Part shown: in pieces, positions 1-9,481 of the stretch
Position numbering within the stretch: position 1 is the stretch's first letter
Layout: every line of letters begins with the position of its first letter
Source of the DNA: Desulfomonilia bacterium
Lineage (GTDB): Bacteria; Desulfobacterota; Desulfomonilia; UBA1062
Direction of reading: 5' to 3'
NCBI GenBank assembly: GCA_963664325.2
Contig: CAXXDQ010000003.1
Span: 288,001-352,000 of the forward strand
DNA length: 64,000 bases
The notes under the pieces: generated by a model
Database searches by the model: none
The model's input: the letters and a program-made list of their open reading frames with translations, nothing else
What the model was told of the DNA's origin: nothing
Made by a program: the position numbers and the translations under genes

Positions 1-89
1 AACGCAACAGGCTTATTGCTGAGGCTCTTGAGCTGGCCGGCAGCAATTCCTCACACGGAAATGAAACTGATGAGGCATCTGAAAAATAG
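1..89 (+). CDS. 3' end of a CDS running in from the left edge (..RNRLIAEALELAGSNSSHGNETDEASEK*), product unknown
   Basis: Frame open from position 3 to TAG at 87-89, convergent with the kinase gene. Confidence 0.45.
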   Translation, partial: RNRLIAEALELAGSNSSHGNETDEASEK

Positions 90-119
90 AGCGGTTTGAT
101 AACTATATGTCTGTTTTCT

Positions 120-2060
120 TCAGCCATCAAGAACTTCACGGACCTTGACAGCCAGTTCCTTTAAAGAAAACGGTTTTCTGAGGAAATATAAACCTTCGTC
201 CAGCACACCGTGATGAGCAATGATATCAGCCGTATAACCCGACATGAACAGACTCTTAAGGTTCGGATACACAGAAAGAAGCTTCCTGGTCATTTCAGCT
301 CCATTCATTTCTGGCATAACCACGTCAGTTATGAGCAGGTGGATCTTTTCATTAGCATGATCTTCGGCAAGACGTATGGCCTCTCCCGGGCTGGTGGTGG
401 CCAGCACTGTATATCCTAGGCCCTCGAGCATATTTTTAGTCATTTTCAGTATTGCCGGTTCATCTTCAACCAGAAGAATTATTTCATGGCCGCCCATAAC
501 AGGGTCTTCTGCTCCCTTTTCCTGTGTCTCATCTGTTTCGCCCGAATATCGTGGAAGGTAGATGGTGATTGTCGTGCCTTGCCCAGGCTCGCTGGACACA
601 TTGATGAAACCTTTATTCTGCTTGACGATTCCATACACTGTTGCCAGACCCAGACCGATGCCCTTCCCGAGTTCCTTGGTAGTGAAAAACGGTTCGAATA
701 TATTAGCCAGTGTTTCCCTGTCCATACCGCAGCCATTGTCGCTGACGGTAAGTTTTGCATATTCTCCTGGTTCAAAGTCAAAGTGGGCGGAATGGTAGTC
801 CTTTTCAAACAATGTGGTGTCTGTCTCAATTGTTAAACTGCCGATACCTACGATGGCATCGCGGGCGTTGATGCAAAGGTTGGCCAGAATCTGGTCAATC
901 TGGGACGGATCCATCTTGACCGGCCACACTTCCTTTCCCGGCAGCCAGATGAGATCAATATCCTCACCGATTATCATCCGCAGCATTTTCAGCATGCTTT
1001 CTATGGTCTCATTTAAATCGAGAACCTTGGGGGTAATTGCCTCCTTGCGTGCAAAGGCCAGCAGTTGTCGCGTGAGATTTGTGGAGCGTTGGGCCGCCTG
1101 TTGGATTTCCTGAAGGTCTGTATGGAGCGGATGTGACGGGTTGATTTTTTTTAGGGCAAGTTCCGAATGCCCAAGGATCACGGCCAGCATGTTGTTGAAA
1201 TCATGGGCTACTCCGCCTGCCAGCCTTCCCACCGATTCCATCTTCTGGGCCTGGAATAGCTGGGCTTCCAGTTTTATCCTTTCCTCTCGTGCTCTTTTGC
1301 GAGAAGTGATGTCATACCCTATGCTTATGACTGTCTCATCTGGAAGATTATAGCTGGCCCACAAAGTTGTCAGTTCTTTTCTGTCTCTAGTTAAGGGATG
1401 CCATTCTTTAAAGGTGTTATCCGGATTTGTGATGAATGCTTCGACAGCTTCATTACGTACATTCTGATCAGGGAAGAGCAAGGCAAACGGTTCTTTCTGG
1501 GTATTGATATCATAAATTGTCCAGCCGAAAACTTTCTCAAACTCACTGTTCATTAATGTGCAGCAGCCATTTTTCTCAAATCCTAAAATCATGATAGGCG
1601 CATTCTCAAAAAGTATTCTGAAGCATTCTTCGCTCTTGATCAAATCTGATAACGCCTTCTTTCTCTCCTTTCTTAAAGCAGCCTGTTCCAGTTCCCTGTT
1701 TATTGCTGGAAGCAGCCTGGAAAGATCGTTTTTCGGAACATAGTCATTGGCTCCAAGAATCATGGCATTAATTGATTCATTTTGAAGCATTGTTCCGGAA
1801 ACAATTATTAAGGGAAGATCTATGCCGCTGTTCTTCAATATTTCAATTGCCTGAAATGAGTCGAAAGATTGCATGTCATTATCGGCTATAATGATGTCCC
1901 ATTCACTTATGCCAAGCTGTTCTTTCATTTCCTTTGCCGTGAAGATGCATACATGCTGCACACGATAATTTTTTTCAAGTTCCTTGAATAACGATATTTT
2001 ATCTTTGTCTGAATCTTCGAGAATAAGCACACGCAAAGGTTTTTTGTCATTTTTATTCAT
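120..2060 (-). CDS. Hybrid sensor histidine kinase (REC-PAS-HisKA-HATPase-REC)
   Basis: H-box [14 protein letters not shown]-box [10 protein letters not shown] boxes DNGCGMD/GIGLGL, receiver domains at both ends; SD GGAGAG. Confidence 0.95.
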   Translation of the reverse strand: MNKNDKKPLRVLILEDSDKDKISLFKELEKNYRVQHVCIFTAKEMKEQLGISEWDIIIADNDMQSFDSFQAIEILKNSGIDLPLIIVSGTMLQNESINAMILGANDYVPKNDLSRLLPAINRELEQAALRKERKKALSDLIKSEECFRILFENAPIMILGFEKNGCCTLMNSEFEKVFGWTIYDINTQKEPFALLFPDQNVRNEAVEAFITNPDNTFKEWHPLTRDRKELTTLWASYNLPDETVISIGYDITSRKRAREERIKLEAQLFQAQKMESVGRLAGGVAHDFNNMLAVILGHSELALKKINPSHPLHTDLQEIQQAAQRSTNLTRQLLAFARKEAITPKVLDLNETIESMLKMLRMIIGEDIDLIWLPGKEVWPVKMDPSQIDQILANLCINARDAIVGIGSLTIETDTTLFEKDYHSAHFDFEPGEYAKLTVSDNGCGMDRETLANIFEPFFTTKELGKGIGLGLATVYGIVKQNKGFINVSSEPGQGTTITIYLPRYSGETDETQEKGAEDPVMGGHEIILLVEDEPAILKMTKNMLEGLGYTVLATTSPGEAIRLAEDHANEKIHLLITDVVMPEMNGAEMTRKLLSVYPNLKSLFMSGYTADIIAHHGVLDEGLYFLRKPFSLKELAVKVREVLDG

Positions 2061-2558
2061 AGCTCTCTCCTAATCTCCGGATTCTGCCTTTGCCGGAATG
2101 ATCTCTAAACAATCATATCATCGGCGCTTACATAGCACACCTGAATATATTCATTCCGGGGAGCTTCATAATACCGATGATGGTATATACTCATTTCAAC
2201 ATTATAAACCCTTTGAGTTGCGGTTTCCACTCAAACCAATTCATCATGAAAATATTTTTTACCCCGGATTGCATTTTTCGATCAATTCAATTTCGATTAC
2301 TTTTGTCAATAATTAATCACCTCAGAAAAAGCATGTCGTCATACTGGAGAAAGTCTGTTGCCCATTTCAATACTTCAGTAATCTCGTCCTGCAACAATGT
2401 AGTTTATGGTTGCAGATGGCAGACAGTAAATATAACAAATATGAAATTGATGCAGACCTGGAAAACCATATATTATAACATGCAATGCTTAGGAAAAGGT
2501 AAGACGCATCACTTGAAAATAAATAAAAAATTAAAGAAGCAGCATTATAGGAGACGTT

Positions 2559-3386
2559 ATGAAAAGGGCAATAAATCTTGATGAACATCTTGGTATCATG
2601 GTGAAGCAAGTTAAAAAAGTAGCGGAAATGCTTTGGAATAAAGGCTGGGCAGAGGCAAATGCAGGTAATCTTTCCATTGATATAACAGAAAATTTCATAT
2701 TTTCTGACAAGAAAAAGGATATTCCGAAAACAGATATAATGCTCAGGCAAGAAGGATATACAAACCTTGGAAACAGAATATTTCTGATAACCGGGTCGGG
2801 ATGCAGGTTCAGGGACATAGCTGAACATCCTGAAAGCGGCATGTGCATAGTGCTAATATCTCAAGATGGATCAGCATACGGCATATCAGAAGCTTATGGT
2901 TTCAATAAGGACATCAGACCAACATCGGAGCTATCAACACACCTTTTGCTTCATGATTATTTCAGGAAAACAGGCTTGAAAGACAAGGTCGTAATTCATA
3001 CGCACCCAACCGAACTGGTGGCTCTCTCGCAGATAAAACGGCTCTGGAATGAAAAACTGTTGAACTCGAAGCTTCACGGCATGCTGCCGGAGGTGAAAGT
3101 CTTAATTCCAAAAGGGGCCGGACTGGTTGACTATGCCCTTCCCGGTTCGGAAAAACTGGCTGAATCCACCCTGGAAAAAGCGATTAAGAGCCACAAGGTC
3201 ATCATATGGCAGAAGCACGGTTGCCTGGCAGTTTCAGATACTCCGTTCGGGGCATTTGATATAATTGATATATTAAACAAAGGAGCACAGGTATTACTTG
3301 CATGTCTGAATGCGGGTGAGACGCCTGAGGGTCTTAATGAAACTGAACTTATGGAACTAAAGCAGGCTTTCAACCTTCCATATTGA
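2559..3386 (+). CDS. rhaD: Rhamnulose-1-phosphate aldolase
   Basis: KGWAEANAGNLS, PTSELSTH, HTHPTEL and WQKHG class II aldolase motifs; first gene of rha cluster; SD AGGAG. Confidence 0.92.
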   Translation: MKRAINLDEHLGIMVKQVKKVAEMLWNKGWAEANAGNLSIDITENFIFSDKKKDIPKTDIMLRQEGYTNLGNRIFLITGSGCRFRDIAEHPESGMCIVLISQDGSAYGISEAYGFNKDIRPTSELSTHLLLHDYFRKTGLKDKVVIHTHPTELVALSQIKRLWNEKLLNSKLHGMLPEVKVLIPKGAGLVDYALPGSEKLAESTLEKAIKSHKVIIWQKHGCLAVSDTPFGAFDIIDILNKGAQVLLACLNAGETPEGLNETELMELKQAFNLPY

Positions 3387-3398
3387 GGCTTGATTGTC

Positions 3399-4874
3399 AT
3401 GTCAGTTCATCTCGCGATCGATCTTGGTGCAGAAAGCGGCAGGGCAATACTCGGAATACTTGAGGGAAAAAGGCTTGAAATTCATGAGATTCATCGCTTT
3501 CCGACAGGTTTTCTGAAAATAAGTGATAGGCTGTACTGGAATATTTTCAGATTCTTTGAAGAACTTAAAAAGGCCCTGCATCTGTGCGCCAGAAAGATTA
3601 TTCCTGATTCTATCGGTATCGACACATGGGGGGTTGATTTTGGACTTCTTGATACTTGCGGGCAATTAATCAGCCTGCCGTTTTCCTACCGAGACAAACG
3701 CACCGAAGGTGCAGCGGATTCATTTTTCCATAAATTAAACAGGGAGGAGGTCTATAAAATAACGGGAGTTCAATTCATGGAATTCAATACACTTTTCCAG
3801 CTTGAATCCATGAGGAGAGATAAATCTCCGCTGCTAGAGATTGCCGATTCTATTTTGTTCATTCCTGATATATTAAATTATTTTTTATGCGGTATCAAAA
3901 AGACCGAGTTTACATTTGCCACCACTTCGCAGATATTCAATCCGTCTTTGATGACATGGGATCCTGATCTTATATCTGCGCTCGAGATAAAGCCGTCATT
4001 GTTCCAGGATATAATATCACCGGGGTCGATATTTGGAAACCTGTCAGCCGATATTTCAAAAGAAACCGGAATTCCTGAAGTTCCAATCATTGCTGTCGCT
4101 GCGCATGACACGGCCTCTGCTGTTGCTGCAGTCCCTTCATATGACCGCGACTGGGCGTATATCAGTTCAGGGACATGGTCGCTCATGGGCGCTGAAAATG
4201 ACAGACCGGTAATAAACGAGGCGTCACTCAGGTCGAATTTTACAAATGAAGGTGGAGTACAGGGCCGGTGGAGGATTCTGAAGAATATTGCAGGCATGTG
4301 GCTTCTGCAGGAATGCAGAAAGGCATGGGAATCAGAAGGATACTCTCCATCTTATGATAAACTGATCAGCGAAGCAGGATCAGCCCGGGCTTTTTCAGTA
4401 CTGATTGATCCTGATTACAAAGGTTTTAAATCTCCTACTGATATGCCCGAGGCCATAAAAAAATACTGTATGGAAACTGAACAGCCAGTTCCGCAAAACA
4501 GAGGAGAAATAACAAGGTCAATTCTGGAAGGCCTTGCACTTAAATACCGATTCGTACTCGGACAACTCAGAGAGATATACGGTCCTGATATAAACAGAAT
4601 TCACATAATCGGCGGAGGGAGTAGAAATGACATGTTGAACAGGTTTACTGCAGACGCGACTGGACTTCCGGTTATTGCAGGGCCAATGGAGGCAACCGCA
4701 ATAGGAAATCTTCTCATGCAGGCGTTTGCACTTGGCGAAATAGGAAGTCTTGATGAGCTGAGAGATATAGTACGCAGATCATTCGAAACAAAAAAATATG
4801 ATATATCCCCCGGCAGGGACAAGTGGGATACAATCTATGATGAGTATAAAAAACTGATAAAACGGGGTGTTTAA
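3399..4874 (+). CDS. rhaB: Rhamnulokinase (FGGY family)
   Basis: AIDLGAESGR, GIDTWGVDFGL, HDTASAV, SSGTWSLMG, NFTNEGG, EATAIGN. Confidence 0.95.
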   Translation: MSVHLAIDLGAESGRAILGILEGKRLEIHEIHRFPTGFLKISDRLYWNIFRFFEELKKALHLCARKIIPDSIGIDTWGVDFGLLDTCGQLISLPFSYRDKRTEGAADSFFHKLNREEVYKITGVQFMEFNTLFQLESMRRDKSPLLEIADSILFIPDILNYFLCGIKKTEFTFATTSQIFNPSLMTWDPDLISALEIKPSLFQDIISPGSIFGNLSADISKETGIPEVPIIAVAAHDTASAVAAVPSYDRDWAYISSGTWSLMGAENDRPVINEASLRSNFTNEGGVQGRWRILKNIAGMWLLQECRKAWESEGYSPSYDKLISEAGSARAFSVLIDPDYKGFKSPTDMPEAIKKYCMETEQPVPQNRGEITRSILEGLALKYRFVLGQLREIYGPDINRIHIIGGGSRNDMLNRFTADATGLPVIAGPMEATAIGNLLMQAFALGEIGSLDELRDIVRRSFETKKYDISPGRDKWDTIYDEYKKLIKRGV

Positions 4875-6155
4875 ATGGATGAAACATTGATTCAAAAAGC
4901 ATACGAAATCGCTGAGCAAAAATATGCGGAATATGATGTTAATGTATCTGAAGTGCTTAAGAAAATGAATAGCCTGTCATTGTCCGTACACTGCTGGCAG
5001 GGTGATGATGTAAGGGGTTTTGAAATATCGGGTTCGGAACCTGGCGGCGGTCTGGCAGTAACGGGCAATTATCCGGGAAGGGCAAGAAATGCCGGAGAGC
5101 TTCAAACAGATTTGAAAACCGCACTGTCCTTTATACCGGGCAGGCACAGGATTAACCTTCATGCAATCTATGGAGATTTCTCGGAATTCAACAAGGACAG
5201 GGATTCTTTAACTTACTCCCAGTATTTGAACTGGGTGGATTGGGCCAAGGAGCAAAGCTTGGCCCTGGATTTCAATGCTTCATGTTTCGGACATGTAAAA
5301 TCCGCTGATGGCTGGACTCTTAGTTCGCTTGAAGAAGACAAAAGGCTCTTCTGGGTAGAGCATGTAAAAAGATGCCGTGAAATAGGGGAATATTTCGGAA
5401 GAACTCTTGGTGAACCCTGTGTACATAATCTGTGGATACCAGACGGCTGCAAGGACAGCACGATGCTGCGTGTTAAAAGAAGAGAGAAACTGAAGCAGTC
5501 ATTATCAGAGATATATTCTGTGCGTCATGACAGGACATGCCTGATGGACAGCGTTGAGAGCAAACTCTTCGGCATCGGTTCAGAAGCTTTTGTAACAGGA
5601 TCTCATGAGTTCTATACGCAATGGGTATCTGATCATAATTTTAAAAATACAGATAATGTGATGCTGTGTCTTGATATGGGTCATTTCCATCCGACCGAAT
5701 CTGTTGCTGACAAGGTATCTTCAATTCTTATGTTTCATCAGAGGCTTCTTCTTCATATAAGCCGGGGATTGAGATGGGATTCCGATCATGTTGCAATCCT
5801 TGATGATGGTTTAAAGGAATTGATGCTTGAAATAGTAAGAGCTGACGCACTTGAAAGGACATATATTGCACTTGATTATTTCGATGCATCAATAAACAGG
5901 GTCGGAGCATGGGTTGCGGGGGCACGCTCAACCCTTATGGCTGTTCTTTTTGCACTGCTGGAGCCTCGTGACAAAATAAGGGAATATGAATTGGAAGGGG
6001 ATGATCTAAGCAAGCTGGCACTCATGGAAACATGTAAAGCCATGCCTTTCAGTGCCATATGGGATTACTGGTGCGCTGCTAATAATGTACCTGAGGGGAT
6101 TTACTGGCTTGATAATATCCGGGCATACGAGAAGGAAGTATTATCGAAGAGATAA
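4875..6155 (+). CDS. rhaA: L-rhamnose isomerase
   Basis: HCWQGDDV, TGNYPG, NLHAIY, WIPDG, VESKLFGIG, GHFHPTE, RWDSDH. Confidence 0.96.
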   Translation: MDETLIQKAYEIAEQKYAEYDVNVSEVLKKMNSLSLSVHCWQGDDVRGFEISGSEPGGGLAVTGNYPGRARNAGELQTDLKTALSFIPGRHRINLHAIYGDFSEFNKDRDSLTYSQYLNWVDWAKEQSLALDFNASCFGHVKSADGWTLSSLEEDKRLFWVEHVKRCREIGEYFGRTLGEPCVHNLWIPDGCKDSTMLRVKRREKLKQSLSEIYSVRHDRTCLMDSVESKLFGIGSEAFVTGSHEFYTQWVSDHNFKNTDNVMLCLDMGHFHPTESVADKVSSILMFHQRLLLHISRGLRWDSDHVAILDDGLKELMLEIVRADALERTYIALDYFDASINRVGAWVAGARSTLMAVLFALLEPRDKIREYELEGDDLSKLALMETCKAMPFSAIWDYWCAANNVPEGIYWLDNIRAYEKEVLSKR

Positions 6156-6159
6156 ACGG

Positions 6160-6483
6160 CTAATCCAGGTGAAAGATTTCTTCAAGTTCGAGCATGCCCT
6201 GATCCGGATTCAACCCGCCGAGATTCTCAAAATAGGGCTCCATGAAAGCCTGCCATCTTGTATTTATTTCTTCCTTGGACATGCCTTCAAGAGAATCCTG
6301 AAATGTTCCTGGTGTTTCGAAATATCCGAATAACAAGCCGTCATTTTTTAAAAAAAGCGAATAATTGTGCCAGCCGGTTTTTTTCAGCGCTTCAAGCATC
6401 TCAGGCCAGACTTTTTTATGGTGCTCTATGTATTCGTCAATCTTATCCGGTCTAAGTTTTAATATAAACCCGATGCGATTCAT
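6160..6483 (-). CDS. rhaM: L-rhamnose mutarotase
   Basis: EYIEHHKKVWPEM, HNYSLF, RWQAFM, EEIFHLD; adjacent to rhaA. Confidence 0.9.
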   Translation of the reverse strand: MNRIGFILKLRPDKIDEYIEHHKKVWPEMLEALKKTGWHNYSLFLKNDGLLFGYFETPGTFQDSLEGMSKEEINTRWQAFMEPYFENLGGLNPDQGMLELEEIFHLD

Positions 6484-6494
6484 ATTAAACCAGG

Positions 6495-7820
6495 CTAGAT
6501 CTTGCCCCTCATCTGATAGAGCCTAAGTTCACGGCTGGCATCAGCATTTTTAGGATTGATTCTTAATGCAGTCCTGAAAGCATCGACTGCCTTGATGGAA
6601 CCTTCATTTTTAAGGACCCATCCGAGGACAAGATAAAAGTAATCGGTTTCAGGAAAGCGTTTAATTGAGTCCCTGAGAGCTTTTTTTATTTCAGAGGTGG
6701 AGCCTTTGTTTGTCTGTAGTCTCATGAACATGGCATTTATAAACGATTCATTGTAGGCCTTTTCATCCGGCGACATTTTTACGCATAGCCTGAGCAGATC
6801 TAGCGCCTTATCATAGTTTTTAGCCTTTATTTCGTCCTTCGCCTGCTGATAGATTAATTCAGCCTGAAGCTGGTTATTGACCCACTGGTCGACTTTAGGT
6901 TTGCCCTGACGTTCATTTTGGATATCGCTGTAAGCCTTCTGGATATTTGTGAAGATATCATTTGCCAGGTCTTTGACCTCAACATCTGATGCATATGCAT
7001 ATGAGTCAGGGTGGTTATCTTTAACGAGCCGGATATAAGCCCTTTTGAGTATATCATCTGACGCATTGGTATCAACTCCTAGTAGCTCGTAAGGTGTTTT
7101 CACTTTCATTTCTGTTAATTTTCCGTTTAATTTATCAATCAATGCCTTGTGCTTGCTTTCTTCGAAAGTAACAAGGCCGCTGCAGTAAAGTGCAAACACA
7201 TTAACGGCTGTTTGGGGATTTTTTAGTACAATTTCTGAAATGGTCAGTTTTTCTATGTTTTCAATGTCTATTGATATTCCTTTCGGCATGTCTTCTTTTA
7301 GAGGTTTGGGTTTTACCGCGGCATAAGGCATAAGGGCTGCGATTGCTGAAGAAGGGTTATATCTTTCAGTAATACCCTTTCTTAGAAGGTAGGATAGCTC
7401 ATCCATGGTAAGTTCCGGATTTTTATTTATTATCTTTGGAACCTCCTGAACCGTACCTGTCTGCCAGTCAAAAATATCCAGAAATCGTTTTTCAATCTGG
7501 AATATTAATGCATCCGTAAGTTGCGACTGGCTAAGGTATCCGAGTGATATTAGTGATGCCCCATGCTTGATCCTGTCTATTCGGGCTTTTTCAAGTGATG
7601 CTGAGTTCTGTTCATGTGTAATATAGCCTTTTTCTATAAGGATATAACCCATGAGTTCATCAGCACGGTTTGACTGTATGGCGCAGAGCCTTCCTTCTTT
7701 GAATATGATTCCTTTTCTCCATTGGTCGCGTGAGAGGAACAGTATACCTGAATATTTGTCTTCGATTATGTCCTTCATTAAAAGGGGGAATGTAATATCT
7801 TCAAGCCTGAATTGTTCCAT
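6495..7820 (-). CDS. DUF4388-like N-terminal domain + J-domain + TPR protein (co-chaperone-like)
   Basis: J-domain PYELLGV...KRAYIRLVKDNHPD with intact HPD; C-terminal TPR-like repeats. Confidence 0.75.
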   Translation of the reverse strand: MEQFRLEDITFPLLMKDIIEDKYSGILFLSRDQWRKGIIFKEGRLCAIQSNRADELMGYILIEKGYITHEQNSASLEKARIDRIKHGASLISLGYLSQSQLTDALIFQIEKRFLDIFDWQTGTVQEVPKIINKNPELTMDELSYLLRKGITERYNPSSAIAALMPYAAVKPKPLKEDMPKGISIDIENIEKLTISEIVLKNPQTAVNVFALYCSGLVTFEESKHKALIDKLNGKLTEMKVKTPYELLGVDTNASDDILKRAYIRLVKDNHPDSYAYASDVEVKDLANDIFTNIQKAYSDIQNERQGKPKVDQWVNNQLQAELIYQQAKDEIKAKNYDKALDLLRLCVKMSPDEKAYNESFINAMFMRLQTNKGSTSEIKKALRDSIKRFPETDYFYLVLGWVLKNEGSIKAVDAFRTALRINPKNADASRELRLYQMRGKI

Positions 7821-8115
7821 GCTTTACCATATTATATAATTGCCGGGTCGTGCAACATATTTTAATATATGAACGAGCTTTTAAACTCAGGAGATTTTGA
7901 AAAAAATTGGCCAAGTCAGTGAAGCTTAGATGTTAAATGAGAACTGTTGAAAAATGTCGGCCATTTCATATGATCGATTAAAACAGATCCCGGAGATCAT
8001 TTTTACGGCAGAATAATTATTTCAAGAATAGGCACCGGCATGGACAAAAATAAGTCTTTGGTATATTGGAAAAATTATTCGCCTTCCAGACGAAAAAAAA
8101 CAATGTGAGGTGGTC

Positions 8116-8601
8116 ATGGTTGTTCTTTCAACGAATTTCGGGGACATCAAGATAGAAATGTTTGATAAGGAGGCTCCGATATCAACAGAGAATTTTCTGT
8201 CTTATGTCAGAGATGGTTTTTTTAATGGAACAATATTCCACCGTGTCATCCCTGGGTTTATGATACAGGGAGGAGGTTTTACACCTGACATGATGGATAA
8301 AGATACAAAAGCCCCTATTAAAAACGAAGCGAAAAACGGTCTTAAAAATGAGCGTGGTACGCTTTCCATGGCGAGAACCACAGCTGTTGACAGTGCAACG
8401 TCACAATTTTTTATTAATGTTAACGATAACAAATTCCTCGATCACGGGGTGCGCGATTTCGGTTATGCGGTTTTTGCAAAAGTGGTCGAAGGCATGGACG
8501 TGGTCGATAAGATCGCAGCTGTTAAGTCCGGTAAAAAAGGTTTTCACAGCGATGTGCCGCTTGATCCGGTGATCGTTATATCTGCAAAGATTGAGGATTG
8601 A
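8116..8601 (+). CDS. ppiB: Cyclophilin-type peptidyl-prolyl cis-trans isomerase
   Basis: [31 protein letters not shown]; no signal peptide; SD GAGGTG. Confidence 0.93.
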   Translation: MVVLSTNFGDIKIEMFDKEAPISTENFLSYVRDGFFNGTIFHRVIPGFMIQGGGFTPDMMDKDTKAPIKNEAKNGLKNERGTLSMARTTAVDSATSQFFINVNDNKFLDHGVRDFGYAVFAKVVEGMDVVDKIAAVKSGKKGFHSDVPLDPVIVISAKIED

Positions 8602-8712
8602 GATGTAATCGGCTTATCATTTCTTGCAATATTTCTTTAGCCCGATATTATGGAAGCAGATATTTTAAAAGGCTTTAATATGGACAGGAACTAAAGAAAA
8701 GGAGGATAAGAG

Positions 8713-9021
8713 ATGGCTTTAAAAAAACAGTTTGTTAAGGCAAAAAATCTGTTCAAGGTGACATTTTCCATGCCGAAAGAAGCATTGGGAGGTGCCTCTA
8801 AGGTGGTACTTGCCGGCGACTTCAACAACTGGAGCACCAAGAATGATATCATGAAAAAACAAAAAAACGGTTCATTCCAGATAAATATATATTTGGAACC
8901 AGGCAGGGCATATCAGTATAGGTATTTCATGGACGATAACAGATGGGAAAACGACTGGGAAGCCGATAGCTACATCCCGCATCCATTTGGAGATGGCGAT
9001 AACTCCTTGGTAATACTTTAA
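8713..9021 (+). CDS. Stand-alone CBM48 / isoamylase early-set glycogen-binding protein
   Basis: VVLAGDFNNW, YQYRYFMD..WEND, NSLV motifs; SD GGAGG. Confidence 0.85.
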   Translation: MALKKQFVKAKNLFKVTFSMPKEALGGASKVVLAGDFNNWSTKNDIMKKQKNGSFQINIYLEPGRAYQYRYFMDDNRWENDWEADSYIPHPFGDGDNSLVIL

Positions 9022-9053
9022 GATCCTATTAATCCCGGACTTCCGGAGTGTTT

Positions 9054-9473
9054 ATGAAAGTCTCGGAAATAATGAAGACGAATCTTGTAACAATATCACC
9101 CTATGAGCCGATCGGCAAAGCCATAAAAATCATGGAACAATACCGGTTTAGAAGGTTGCCAGTAGTTCGGGACGGTCATCTTATCGGAATTATCACCGAC
9201 CGGGACATAAGAAAGGCTCTAAATTCTCCATTGGTGTTCCATGAGGCATCTTATGACAATTACCTTCATAATGAGATAAAGATTGAGAGTTGTATGAGCG
9301 CCTGCCCTATATCGATAAGCCCTTATGCGGATGTAGTTGGAGCCGCAAGAATTATGGAAGAGGAAAAGATCGGCGGGCTGCCGGTAGTAGAGGCAGGCCG
9401 TCTTGTAGGTATTATAACAGTGTCCGACCTGGTTGAATTACTTATCAGGATTTTGACGGAGAAATCTGCCTGA
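9054..9473 (+). CDS. CBS-pair protein (AcuB-like)
   Basis: Two CBS repeats: RRLPVV..LIGIITDRDI and GGLPVV..LVGIITVSDL. Confidence 0.88.
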   Translation: MKVSEIMKTNLVTISPYEPIGKAIKIMEQYRFRRLPVVRDGHLIGIITDRDIRKALNSPLVFHEASYDNYLHNEIKIESCMSACPISISPYADVVGAARIMEEEKIGGLPVVEAGRLVGIITVSDLVELLIRILTEKSA

Positions 9474-9481
9474 TACTGGAG

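Noticed and set aside
2098-2581. ORFs 2098-2316 and 2177-2581 in the kinase/rhaD gap
   Set aside because: AT-rich divergent promoter region, no SD, no protein-like motifs.
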